A stretch of 64,000 nt of DNA from an uncultured Terracidiphilus sp. (lineage in GTDB: Bacteria; Acidobacteriota; Terriglobia; Terriglobales; Acidobacteriaceae): assembly GCA_964532725.1 (NCBI GenBank), contig CAZHKN010000001.1:561-64560 (forward strand), given 5' to 3'. The notes under the pieces were generated by a model. The model was not told where the DNA came from. It saw only the letters and a program-made list of their open reading frames with translations, and made no database searches. A program made the translations under genes and the position numbers. This document shows positions 36,916-45,225 of this stretch, one piece after another (position 1 is the first letter of the stretch; the number at the start of each line of letters is the position of its first letter).

Positions 36916-39516
36916 ATGGCTGCGCCCGTTGCGGCACTGGCGCCAATCCGGACCAACAAGGCGGCCCCGGCAGCCGCGCGCGGAGCCGCGCCCATTCCGG
37001 AAGAAACGCCAGATAGGATTCAGGCCGCCCCCGGAACACAATACGCGCGGCCGGCGTTAATGCCAAATGCGGGATCGATCCCTGTAGATCCTCCCAATCA
37101 AGGCCGGTCTTCGTGGCGCTTTGCGTCAGGAATGAATTCCATCTTTCTGCAATGCAAGCTGGCCGTTGGCTCTAGCAACGATCCGCTTGAGACCGAGGCC
37201 GACCTCGCAGCCGCACAGGTGATGGGCGCGTACACGCCTTCCTCCTCCCAACGGGGGCAGGGAATCCCTGTACTTCGCCGGGCAACATCCGGCAGCGCAA
37301 GCCCGGCAGCCGCTTCCGCCCCACCCATCGTGCACCGTGTGCTCAGTTCCCCCGGTCAGCCTCTCGACAAGCAGACACGCGCCTTCATGGAGCCGCGCTT
37401 CGGGCATGATTTCAGCCACATTCGCGTCCATACGGATGCGGCAGCGGCGGAGTCGGCCCGCTCCGTCGGAGCGCTGGCGTACGCCGCAGGAAATCATATT
37501 GCGTTCAACGGGAGCGCATATAACCCATCGACCGATACGGGCCGCAATCTACTCGCTCACGAGCTGGCGCATACCGTCCAGCAGAGCGGCGCGGCTTCGT
37601 TGCAAGATGCGACCCTGCGCCGCCGCAGAATTCCGGATAGTTCGCATGTGGATGAACTACTTGCTCCCGGCGCAACCGACCAGGCGGCTCATAAACAAGG
37701 TCTGCTGAGGCTGATCCGAAACGCCTGGAACGAGATGGACGAAGCACAAAGGAACACCGCCTCCTCGGCGCTGATCAGCCATATCACGATCACGCTCGAA
37801 TCCCATCCGAACCTGATCCAGAGCAATGACGACTGGAATCTCCAGTGGGTAGTGGTTCGCCTGCTGAACAAAACGAGCACTGCTGAACGCGCACGCGGCG
37901 TAGGTCATCCGTTTGTCCGCCTCACCAATGCCGCACCCACGGTCGCCCTCGCTCCAACCACTCCGGGCGGCCCGTCCGGCAGCTTCTCTCAGATCAGTTT
38001 CGAGATCGCGACCGGCTCTGACGATCTGCGCGGAAACAGCGTTGCCACTGCCCGGCTGCAAATCAGCTCAGGCGCAGTGATGCAGGAGATTCCTCTTAAG
38101 CGCCAAAGTGAACCCTCCTGGGATAACAGTTCCATTCACAAGATCACGGTAGATCTCTCGAATGGCCTCTTGATCGATCAGATCATCGCCGCTCTTGATG
38201 CGGGCAACATTCAGCAGCTCGAGGCCTTTGCCCAAGAGGTTCGAGTTGCCGTTCCCGAAGACGTTCTCGGCAACCCGAACGACTTCGAAAGAGGGCCGCG
38301 CACTGGGCCGGAGGGCATCGCCGATCAACATAACATTGATCTGCTGGCAAACAAAGCTGCGGAGGTCTTCGACCAAATTATTGCCGGCCATCGCGACTCC
38401 GACCTGAGAGATGTCTTCGGCGATTCTGATGTAACTGTAGCGGCGGCTAAGGCCAAATACCGTCGGGCGGAGCTGGAGATGCGCCGGCTGCAACACGCCG
38501 GGAAAGTACTTACCGACCGCTCCGGTTATAGCGAAGAAGCCGGCGTAGGCGGCCTCACTTTCTTTCATCGCCAGATCGGACTCGATCATGATACCGTCGA
38601 CCATCCCTCGAAAACTGACAGCATCTCGACGATGGTGCATGAGAGCATGCACGCGGGCAACCAGGATGTAGACGATCTTGGCTACCTCGGCACACCCGCC
38701 TTTCCAACCCTTGATGCACCCACGAAACTGGATAACGCAGCCCACTACGAAGTGCCTGTCTACCGCTATCTCGATCCGACCAATCGTAACGCATACCCCG
38801 ATCGGGTTCACCCCGGCCATATGCAGCAATTTATCCCCGCGGGCAGTGGCGGAACTCCAGCCCGGCCGCAAAGACAAGAGGCCATCCGGCTGGCCAATCG
38901 CAGATATGAAGCTGCATGGGATTCGGCGGATAATTTGCACAGAATGTTTTTGCATGTCTACGAACACCCGGAAGAATGGAATAGAGTTCCCGCGCATGAT
39001 GTTCCGGAGGGTGGAGTCGCCACTGGTTTACGCTTCTCGCAAGCACTGCCCTATTGGTCAAAAGTGCAGCGCATGACCGTTCACAGGCGCTCCGGTATTT
39101 CGCCTGCGATTCCTGCACCGGCGCATCACGGATCTGCGCCGCTGCCCGTTCCTCGCAATCCAGCAGCTGACCCTGTCACACTGATCGATCTTGCTCAATC
39201 CGAGCATGTCACCCGCAAGATGGCGCGGGGCATGGACCTGACTGGCGCGGATACCCTGACTGAAGCACACGCCACTGATCTCGAACGCGCTGCAACCCCA
39301 GCCCAGGCTAGGCAAATTGCCGCCGATGCACAGCAGGAGGCTGATGTGTTGGTTTTCCTGGTCCGCAGTCAGACGCTGGATCGCAGTCATACTCTCGGCG
39401 AAATCACCGGTCCGCCAGACCGCGATGTACGAGTGATAGCCGAATTAGCCAAGGCGAACACGGGAGACTATTCAACACTGCTTACCCCAAGGGATCCAGC
39501 GACATTCCCCGATTAG
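36916..39516 (+). CDS. DUF4157 protein with M35/aspzincin-like metallopeptidase domain
   Basis: LLAHELAHTVQQ; second zinc motif TMVHESMHAGNQDVDDLGY...LDNAAHY (HExxH, downstream D and NA motif as in M35); GGAGG RBS. Confidence 0.85.
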   Translation: MAAPVAALAPIRTNKAAPAAARGAAPIPEETPDRIQAAPGTQYARPALMPNAGSIPVDPPNQGRSSWRFASGMNSIFLQCKLAVGSSNDPLETEADLAAAQVMGAYTPSSSQRGQGIPVLRRATSGSASPAAASAPPIVHRVLSSPGQPLDKQTRAFMEPRFGHDFSHIRVHTDAAAAESARSVGALAYAAGNHIAFNGSAYNPSTDTGRNLLAHELAHTVQQSGAASLQDATLRRRRIPDSSHVDELLAPGATDQAAHKQGLLRLIRNAWNEMDEAQRNTASSALISHITITLESHPNLIQSNDDWNLQWVVVRLLNKTSTAERARGVGHPFVRLTNAAPTVALAPTTPGGPSGSFSQISFEIATGSDDLRGNSVATARLQISSGAVMQEIPLKRQSEPSWDNSSIHKITVDLSNGLLIDQIIAALDAGNIQQLEAFAQEVRVAVPEDVLGNPNDFERGPRTGPEGIADQHNIDLLANKAAEVFDQIIAGHRDSDLRDVFGDSDVTVAAAKAKYRRAELEMRRLQHAGKVLTDRSGYSEEAGVGGLTFFHRQIGLDHDTVDHPSKTDSISTMVHESMHAGNQDVDDLGYLGTPAFPTLDAPTKLDNAAHYEVPVYRYLDPTNRNAYPDRVHPGHMQQFIPAGSGGTPARPQRQEAIRLANRRYEAAWDSADNLHRMFLHVYEHPEEWNRVPAHDVPEGGVATGLRFSQALPYWSKVQRMTVHRRSGISPAIPAPAHHGSAPLPVPRNPAADPVTLIDLAQSEHVTRKMARGMDLTGADTLTEAHATDLERAATPAQARQIAADAQQEADVLVFLVRSQTLDRSHTLGEITGPPDRDVRVIAELAKANTGDYSTLLTPRDPATFPD

Positions 39517-39631
39517 AGCGAAACCAGGGTTACTGTGTCCTGTTGAGTTTTGTGCAAGGTTGCCGCTTCCTGATGGTCGCGTCAACTGGACAGACGTGCT
39601 TTCGGGATACACCATCCCTCGTTTCGCTATA
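39514..39631. mobile_element. 118-bp MITE copy 1 (TA-flanked, IS630/Tc1-like ends)
   Basis: TAGAGCGAAACCAGGG...CCCTCGTTTCGCTATA terminal inverted repeat; near-identical to 45047-45164. Confidence 0.8.
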
Positions 39632-39783
39632 GTCCGTCGACTCTGAAATATCCATTTAGGAAAGCCATATCCCCGCTCGTTTATAATCAATCCGCTGCGC
39701 CCGGAACGCTCCGGTCTCCTGCTCAGAGCAAGTTTTGGGAAGGCCTCTGGTGGGTTTTGCCGGGCTTTCCTGGAGGAGATTGG

Positions 39784-42330
39784 ATGAAGCGGATTCTGAT
39801 TGCAACGGTAGTCCTGGCGCTGGCCCTGGCCACAGTTGTAGCCAAGACGGGCGTACATGCAGCAGGCCAGCAAAACACACCCGAACCCGCTCGCTCCACC
39901 TCCAAGACCATTTCGCAGGAGATCCCCGAATACCTGCGCCCCGCGCCGATGCAGCCCTTGGCCAGCGATCAGTTGATCATCGACATCCCCGTCAACGGAA
40001 CCATCTACCCGCCTGAGATCATCCCGCCGCAGTTTGCCTGGCGCGACGGCAGCCCTGCTACAGTTTGGCGCATAGAGATCGAATTCGGCGCTCATGCCCG
40101 TCCGATGAAATTCTGGTCGAACGGAGAAAAGATGCAGCTTGGCCCGGTGGATGACACCCTCGCCGGCTATGTGCCGCCTACGCTTTCCGAGCAGCAGGCA
40201 GCCGCGCATACCTGGCGTCCCGATGCCAAGACCTGGGCAGAGATCAAGCAAAACACTGTCGAGCAGCCGGCCACCGTGACTATCATTGGTTACGCAAATG
40301 AGAAAGCCAAGCAGCCGCTCTCGCACTCTCAAGCTGCGATCTCCACCAGCAAAGACCCGGTCGGCGCGCCGCTCTTCTTCCGCGATGTGCCGCTGCTGCC
40401 GCCCGCGCCCGAGTCCGAGCAGCGCGGCGTCATCAAGCCGCTGCCTGATTCTGTGCTGCCCAAGATTCGCTGGGAGCTACGCTACATCTCCGATACACAG
40501 AGCAAGACCGTGATGACCGGCCTGCCCACCTGCGCCAACTGCCATTCGATTTCGCGCGACGGCAAAACGCTGGGCATCGATGTGGACGGCCCGCAGAACG
40601 ACAAGGGACTCTACGCGCTGATTCCGCTCAAAAAAGACTCCACCATCAGCAACGACTATGTGATTCACTGGAGCGCCTTCTCCGAGGAGCGTGCGCAGAA
40701 GCGCTTTGGCTTCATGAGCCAGGTCTCGCCCGACGGTAAAAACGTTGTCACCTCCATCGACGTGCCTCATGCACATGGCGTGCGCGTGCTCGACCGCCTC
40801 TACAACGGCTTTTACTCCTTCTATGGATTCGGCCAGGTCTTCTATCCCACGCGCGGCGTGCTCGGCTGGTACAACAAGGAGACCGGCAAGCTGGAACCGC
40901 TGCACGGCGCCGACGATCCAAACTTCGTGCAGACCGCGGCCTTTTGGAGTCCTGACGGCAAATGGATTGTCTTCTCGCGCGCCGCGGCCCGCGATCCCTA
41001 TCCCGCGGGGCAGAAAAAATCCACTTACGCCAACAGCCCCGACGAGACGCAGATTCAATACGACCTCTATCGCATTCCCTTCAACAACGGCAAGGGCGGC
41101 ACACCGGAGCGCATTGTCGGCGCATCGGAAAATGGCATGAGCAATAACTTCCCCAAGGTCTCGCCCGACGGTAAGTGGATTGTCTTTGTGCAATGCAAGA
41201 ACGGCCTGCTGATGAGGCCCGACAGCAAGCTGTACATCGTGCCGTTCGAAGGCGGCGAGGCGCGTCTGCTCGAATCCAATTTTCCGGTGATGAACTCCTG
41301 GCATACCTTCTCGCCCAATGGACGCTGGCTTGCGTTTTCCTCTAAGACGCCGTCGTTTTATACGCATCTCTATCTCACGCATATTGACGACAACGGCCAC
41401 GTTAGTCCGCCGGTCGTTGTCGAGAATGCGACGGCATCCAATCGCGCGGTCAACATTCCGGAGTTCATGAACGTCGGTCCCGAGGATGGGCCGGATAGCC
41501 TGGAACATATCGCTACGCCGGCGATGGACTTCTACAAGATATTCGACAACGCCGTACAACTGGCGGAGAAGCACCAATACGACGCGGCGGTTCCGGTCTG
41601 GAAGCAGGCCGTTCAGATGGACCCCGACGACGCTCGCGCTTATAACAATCTTGGCGTCGCGTTGGCTGCGACAGGTAACATCAGTGAAGCTATAGAGCAA
41701 TATAAGAAGTCGCTCGCTCTAAATCCCGATAACTCGCAGACGCGCAATAACCTGGGCAGCGTACTGGCTCAGGCAGGCAAGATGGAGGAAGCTCTCGAAG
41801 AGATTCGCAAGGCCGTCGAGATCAACCCGGACAACAGCCAGGCGCACATCAATCTTGCCCACGTTCTTGAGACGATGGGCGGCAATATGGACGAGGCCCT
41901 TGGCGAGGTCAACAAAGGCATCGAGCTGGCGCCTAAGTCGCCGGAAGGCCACAACGTTCTCGGCGTGATTCTGGCCCGCACCGGCAAGCTCGATCAAGCG
42001 ATCCCGGAGATGCAGAAGGCAGTTGAAATCGCGCCTAACGGGCTGGAATTCCGCTTCAATCTCGGCCGCGCCCTGGCCGCCGCCAGCCGCTTCAGCGATG
42101 CCTTGCCGCAGTTTGAGGCCGCGGCCAAACTGCCTGGCGGGGACGAACCGGAGATTCTGCAACTGCTGGCGGCGATGTACTCAGAAAATGCGCAATACCA
42201 GACCGCCGTCACCACTGCCCGCCATGCGCTTGACCTGGCGATAAAGCAAAACAACGACGCGTTGGCCGATAGCCTGCGCGCCAACATCGTGCGCTACGAA
42301 CATCAGGCCAGCGAGGCGTCTATGAAGTGA
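39784..42330 (+). CDS. Exported TolB-like (PD40) beta-propeller protein with CxxCH motif and C-terminal TPRs
   Basis: Signal peptide MKRILIATVVLALALA; CANCH (40531-40545); SPDGK/WSPDGKW/FSPNGRW repeats; TPRs (AYNNLGVALAATG, RNNLGSVLAQAG). Confidence 0.85.
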   Translation: MKRILIATVVLALALATVVAKTGVHAAGQQNTPEPARSTSKTISQEIPEYLRPAPMQPLASDQLIIDIPVNGTIYPPEIIPPQFAWRDGSPATVWRIEIEFGAHARPMKFWSNGEKMQLGPVDDTLAGYVPPTLSEQQAAAHTWRPDAKTWAEIKQNTVEQPATVTIIGYANEKAKQPLSHSQAAISTSKDPVGAPLFFRDVPLLPPAPESEQRGVIKPLPDSVLPKIRWELRYISDTQSKTVMTGLPTCANCHSISRDGKTLGIDVDGPQNDKGLYALIPLKKDSTISNDYVIHWSAFSEERAQKRFGFMSQVSPDGKNVVTSIDVPHAHGVRVLDRLYNGFYSFYGFGQVFYPTRGVLGWYNKETGKLEPLHGADDPNFVQTAAFWSPDGKWIVFSRAAARDPYPAGQKKSTYANSPDETQIQYDLYRIPFNNGKGGTPERIVGASENGMSNNFPKVSPDGKWIVFVQCKNGLLMRPDSKLYIVPFEGGEARLLESNFPVMNSWHTFSPNGRWLAFSSKTPSFYTHLYLTHIDDNGHVSPPVVVENATASNRAVNIPEFMNVGPEDGPDSLEHIATPAMDFYKIFDNAVQLAEKHQYDAAVPVWKQAVQMDPDDARAYNNLGVALAATGNISEAIEQYKKSLALNPDNSQTRNNLGSVLAQAGKMEEALEEIRKAVEINPDNSQAHINLAHVLETMGGNMDEALGEVNKGIELAPKSPEGHNVLGVILARTGKLDQAIPEMQKAVEIAPNGLEFRFNLGRALAAASRFSDALPQFEAAAKLPGGDEPEILQLLAAMYSENAQYQTAVTTARHALDLAIKQNNDALADSLRANIVRYEHQASEASMK

Positions 42331-42334
42331 GCGC

Positions 42335-43102
42335 TCAATGACCGGCGTTTTCTGCGTCAGTGGCCGCTAGCTTCACGACCGTATCCGCTTCCTCATTCCG
42401 TCCGAGTTGCCGCAAAACTCCAGCAAGTTGGTTGGCTAACTCAATTGAATGGGGTGTCGTATTCAGCCCATCGCGCAAAACTCGTACCGCTTCATCGAGC
42501 TTATCTGACTTCACGTAGGCTAATCCCAGATTCATGCTCTGCTTCGGCGTACGCTGCCCCAGCAGCCGTGGGCGCTCTAGCAGATCAATCACACCCGGAT
42601 AATCTCCCGTCCCGATCAAATCATCGGACAGCGCATCCAGCGCCTGCGTATACTCCGGGTCCATATCCAGCGTGGCGCGCCATTCCTTTTCAGCCTCCGC
42701 GGTAGAGTGGATCGAATCCAGAGCAGCAGCCAGAATCAGATGAATCTTGATCTCCCGATAGCCGAACTGCTCGGCCTGCTGCAGCGATGCGATTGCATCC
42801 TTGGTCTCGCCGGTATAAAACAGGCTCACCCCGAACATGAAGATGACCTTCTTCACATTCGGCTGGTTCATATCCAATTGCAGTGACGAACCAAAGGCAT
42901 CCGCCGCGCAGTTATATTTTTCTTGCTTCGCGAACAGCACACCCAGATCGTTATACACATCCACTGTTGGTGTGCCTTGTAACTTGGGCTTGATCTCATC
43001 GGGTGGAACGCAGGAGGCTGAACTCTGACTTATTACCGGCAGTGCAAAGCAGAACAGCACCGCAACAAAAGCAGAGCCAAGCAAGGCCGTCTTATTTTCC
43101 AT
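42335..43102 (-). CDS. Exported TPR protein
   Basis: Signal-like MENKTALLGSAFVAVLFCFALPVIS; TPR pattern (YNDLGVLF, NLGLAY). Start moved to 43102, overlapping the upstream stop. Confidence 0.82.
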   Translation of the reverse strand: MENKTALLGSAFVAVLFCFALPVISQSSASCVPPDEIKPKLQGTPTVDVYNDLGVLFAKQEKYNCAADAFGSSLQLDMNQPNVKKVIFMFGVSLFYTGETKDAIASLQQAEQFGYREIKIHLILAAALDSIHSTAEAEKEWRATLDMDPEYTQALDALSDDLIGTGDYPGVIDLLERPRLLGQRTPKQSMNLGLAYVKSDKLDEAVRVLRDGLNTTPHSIELANQLAGVLRQLGRNEEADTVVKLAATDAENAGH

Positions 43103-44885
43103 TCGAGAGACCAGCCTGAATATTTTCATCCGCCACATGCACACGAATATCGTCAATTCCATCCGGGTCCATATTCACAAACTCGGGGATATTTACCGCG
43201 CGGTTAGCCGCGGTTGTGTTATCGATCAGGATTGCAGGGCTGCTGTTGCCGTCGGCGTCCATGTGTGTCAGGTACATCTGCGTGTAGTGCGAACGCGCCT
43301 TGGACGAAAAGACCAGCCAGCGCCCATTCGGCGAAAAGCTGTGCCAGGAATTCATCAGCGCGGTGTTTGCCCGCAACCTTCGAGCAGTCCCGCCGATAAA
43401 AGGAACAATATATAACTGGCTGTCGGGGCGCATCAGTTGTCCGTTCTTGCATTGCACAAAGACAATCCATTTTCCATCCGGCGATATCTTCGGGAAGTTA
43501 TTGCTCATTCCATTCGCAGAAGCGCCTACAATCCTCTCCGGCGTTCCGCCCTTGCCGTTGTTGAATGGAATCCGGTAGAGATCGTACTGAATCTGAGTTT
43601 CATAAGGATCGTTTGCGTTGAGTGCCGGCGGCACGCCAGCGGTGCGCGGCGGCTTCGCCTCGGCCCGCGCAAAGACAATCCACTTTCCATCGCGGCTCCA
43701 GACTCCGTCTGTCTGCACAAACTTCGGATCGTCCGCTCCCGGCAGAGGCTGGCGTAATCCGGTCTCGCGGTTATACCACTCCAGAATTCCCCGTGTCGGG
43801 TAAAACACCTGCAGGAACCGGTAATCGAGGAAATTAGTTACATAATAGCTTTCAAGCAGCTTGTTATAAGATGGCCCGGCAAAGGTGCTGAGCACATATC
43901 TTCCATCCGGCGAGACCTGCGACATGAAGCCCACGCGTATCGTGCCTACCTTGCCGTCGGTATTCCAGTGCACCATATCCTTGCTTTCGATCGTCATGTG
44001 CTTTTGCACCGGCACTACGGCGTAAAGCCCTTTATCATTGGCAGGCCCGTCAATATCCATGCCAAAGGTCTTGCCATCCGCGGAGAAAGAATGGCAGTTA
44101 CCGCAGGTGGGCATATTGGCCAACACCGTGTGGCTCTCCGGCTTGCGAATATCGCGAATCCGCCAGTGAATCAGATGCATCGATGCATTCGCTAGCGGCT
44201 GCACGCCCTTGCCGGAGTTACTCGTCGGCATCAGCGGCACATCGCGATAAAAGATCGGACCATCGACTGGGTCCGTTGAGGTCGAAATCGAAATCCGCGA
44301 TTGCGAGTACAAAATTCCATCGCGATAGCCGGTTATCGTCACCGTCCCGGGTTTGGTTGTTGACCGCTGCTGAATTGCCGCCCAGGTCGCGGCATCCGGC
44401 GTCCAGGTCCAGGTCGCGGCCTGTTGGGTTGTCAGCCTGGGAAGCTCGTTCGTATCGCTGATGCAGTCGGGATCAATCGCGCCGATCTTCATCCGTTCGC
44501 CTTTGGCGTCCACATGGATCGCAGGCGAGCCATCGGCAAAGCTGAACTCAATCGTCCAGGATTTCCCCGCAGCGTCACGCCACAAGAACATCGGCGGCGT
44601 AATGCCAGGAGGAAAGATCGACCCCGCCTCGGGATAGTCAATCGAGATCGGCGAGAGAACCTGTGCCGCATAGGCCGGGCGGAGGAAGGGAAGCTGATTC
44701 AGTAGGGACCGCGGGTTAGTTGCGAGAGAGTTGAGAACTTTTGAATTTGCATTTCCGGTGCAGAAGTTTAGCGGAAGGATTCCAATTGAAAAAAGCGCAA
44801 TGAAAGCGAATGTAAATCCGGTCAGCGCCAGCACTCTGGGCCGAGCAAAAGAAGAAATGCGGGGAATCTGGAATCGAGGGCGCAT
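43092..44885 (-). CDS. TolB-like (PD40) beta-propeller protein with CxxCH motif (paralogue of 39784-42330, no TPR)
   Basis: CGNCH (44105-44091); shares long near-identical blocks such as ETQIQYDLYRIPFNNGKGGTPERIVGAS and NGMSNNFPK with 39784-42330; GGAGG before the ATG at 44885. Confidence 0.85.
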   Translation of the reverse strand: MRPRFQIPRISSFARPRVLALTGFTFAFIALFSIGILPLNFCTGNANSKVLNSLATNPRSLLNQLPFLRPAYAAQVLSPISIDYPEAGSIFPPGITPPMFLWRDAAGKSWTIEFSFADGSPAIHVDAKGERMKIGAIDPDCISDTNELPRLTTQQAATWTWTPDAATWAAIQQRSTTKPGTVTITGYRDGILYSQSRISISTSTDPVDGPIFYRDVPLMPTSNSGKGVQPLANASMHLIHWRIRDIRKPESHTVLANMPTCGNCHSFSADGKTFGMDIDGPANDKGLYAVVPVQKHMTIESKDMVHWNTDGKVGTIRVGFMSQVSPDGRYVLSTFAGPSYNKLLESYYVTNFLDYRFLQVFYPTRGILEWYNRETGLRQPLPGADDPKFVQTDGVWSRDGKWIVFARAEAKPPRTAGVPPALNANDPYETQIQYDLYRIPFNNGKGGTPERIVGASANGMSNNFPKISPDGKWIVFVQCKNGQLMRPDSQLYIVPFIGGTARRLRANTALMNSWHSFSPNGRWLVFSSKARSHYTQMYLTHMDADGNSSPAILIDNTTAANRAVNIPEFVNMDPDGIDDIRVHVADENIQAGLSNGK

Positions 44886-45046
44886 TGTTCCTCCATTGTC
44901 GTCGCAATCTACGCTGGCCAGAAGGTGAAACAAACGACCACGGTCTGCCGGTCGGGCGATGCAGGCGGGGAAGGTAGACAAGCGGCTACAAGGTTGGATG
45001 ATTTCAGGCCCGGAATTCAGATGTCAAGCCAGCGTCCCGGCGGCGT

Positions 45047-45164
45047 TAGAGCGAAACCAGGGTTACTGTGTCCTGTTGAGTTTTGTTCAAGGTTGCCGCT
45101 CCCTGATGGTCGCGTCAACTGGACGGACGTGCTTTCGGGATACAACCTCCCTGGTTTCGCTATA
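45047..45164. mobile_element. 118-bp MITE copy 2
   Basis: TAGAGCGAAACCAGGG...CCCTGGTTTCGCTATA; perfect 13-bp inverted repeat AGCGAAACCAGGG; direct orientation relative to copy 1. Confidence 0.8.
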
Positions 45165-45186
45165 GCCCAGAACCGAATGCGGCAAA

Positions 45187-45208
45187 GGGCGCGGAAAGCC
45201 CCGCGCCC
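45187..45208 (-). terminator. Possible terminator hairpin downstream of the DUF3857 gene
   Basis: GGGCGCGG / CCGCGCCC stem 18 nt past the stop; only a short T run follows on the minus strand. Confidence 0.4.
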
Positions 45209-45225
45209 CAGCCTGATTCATCCAA

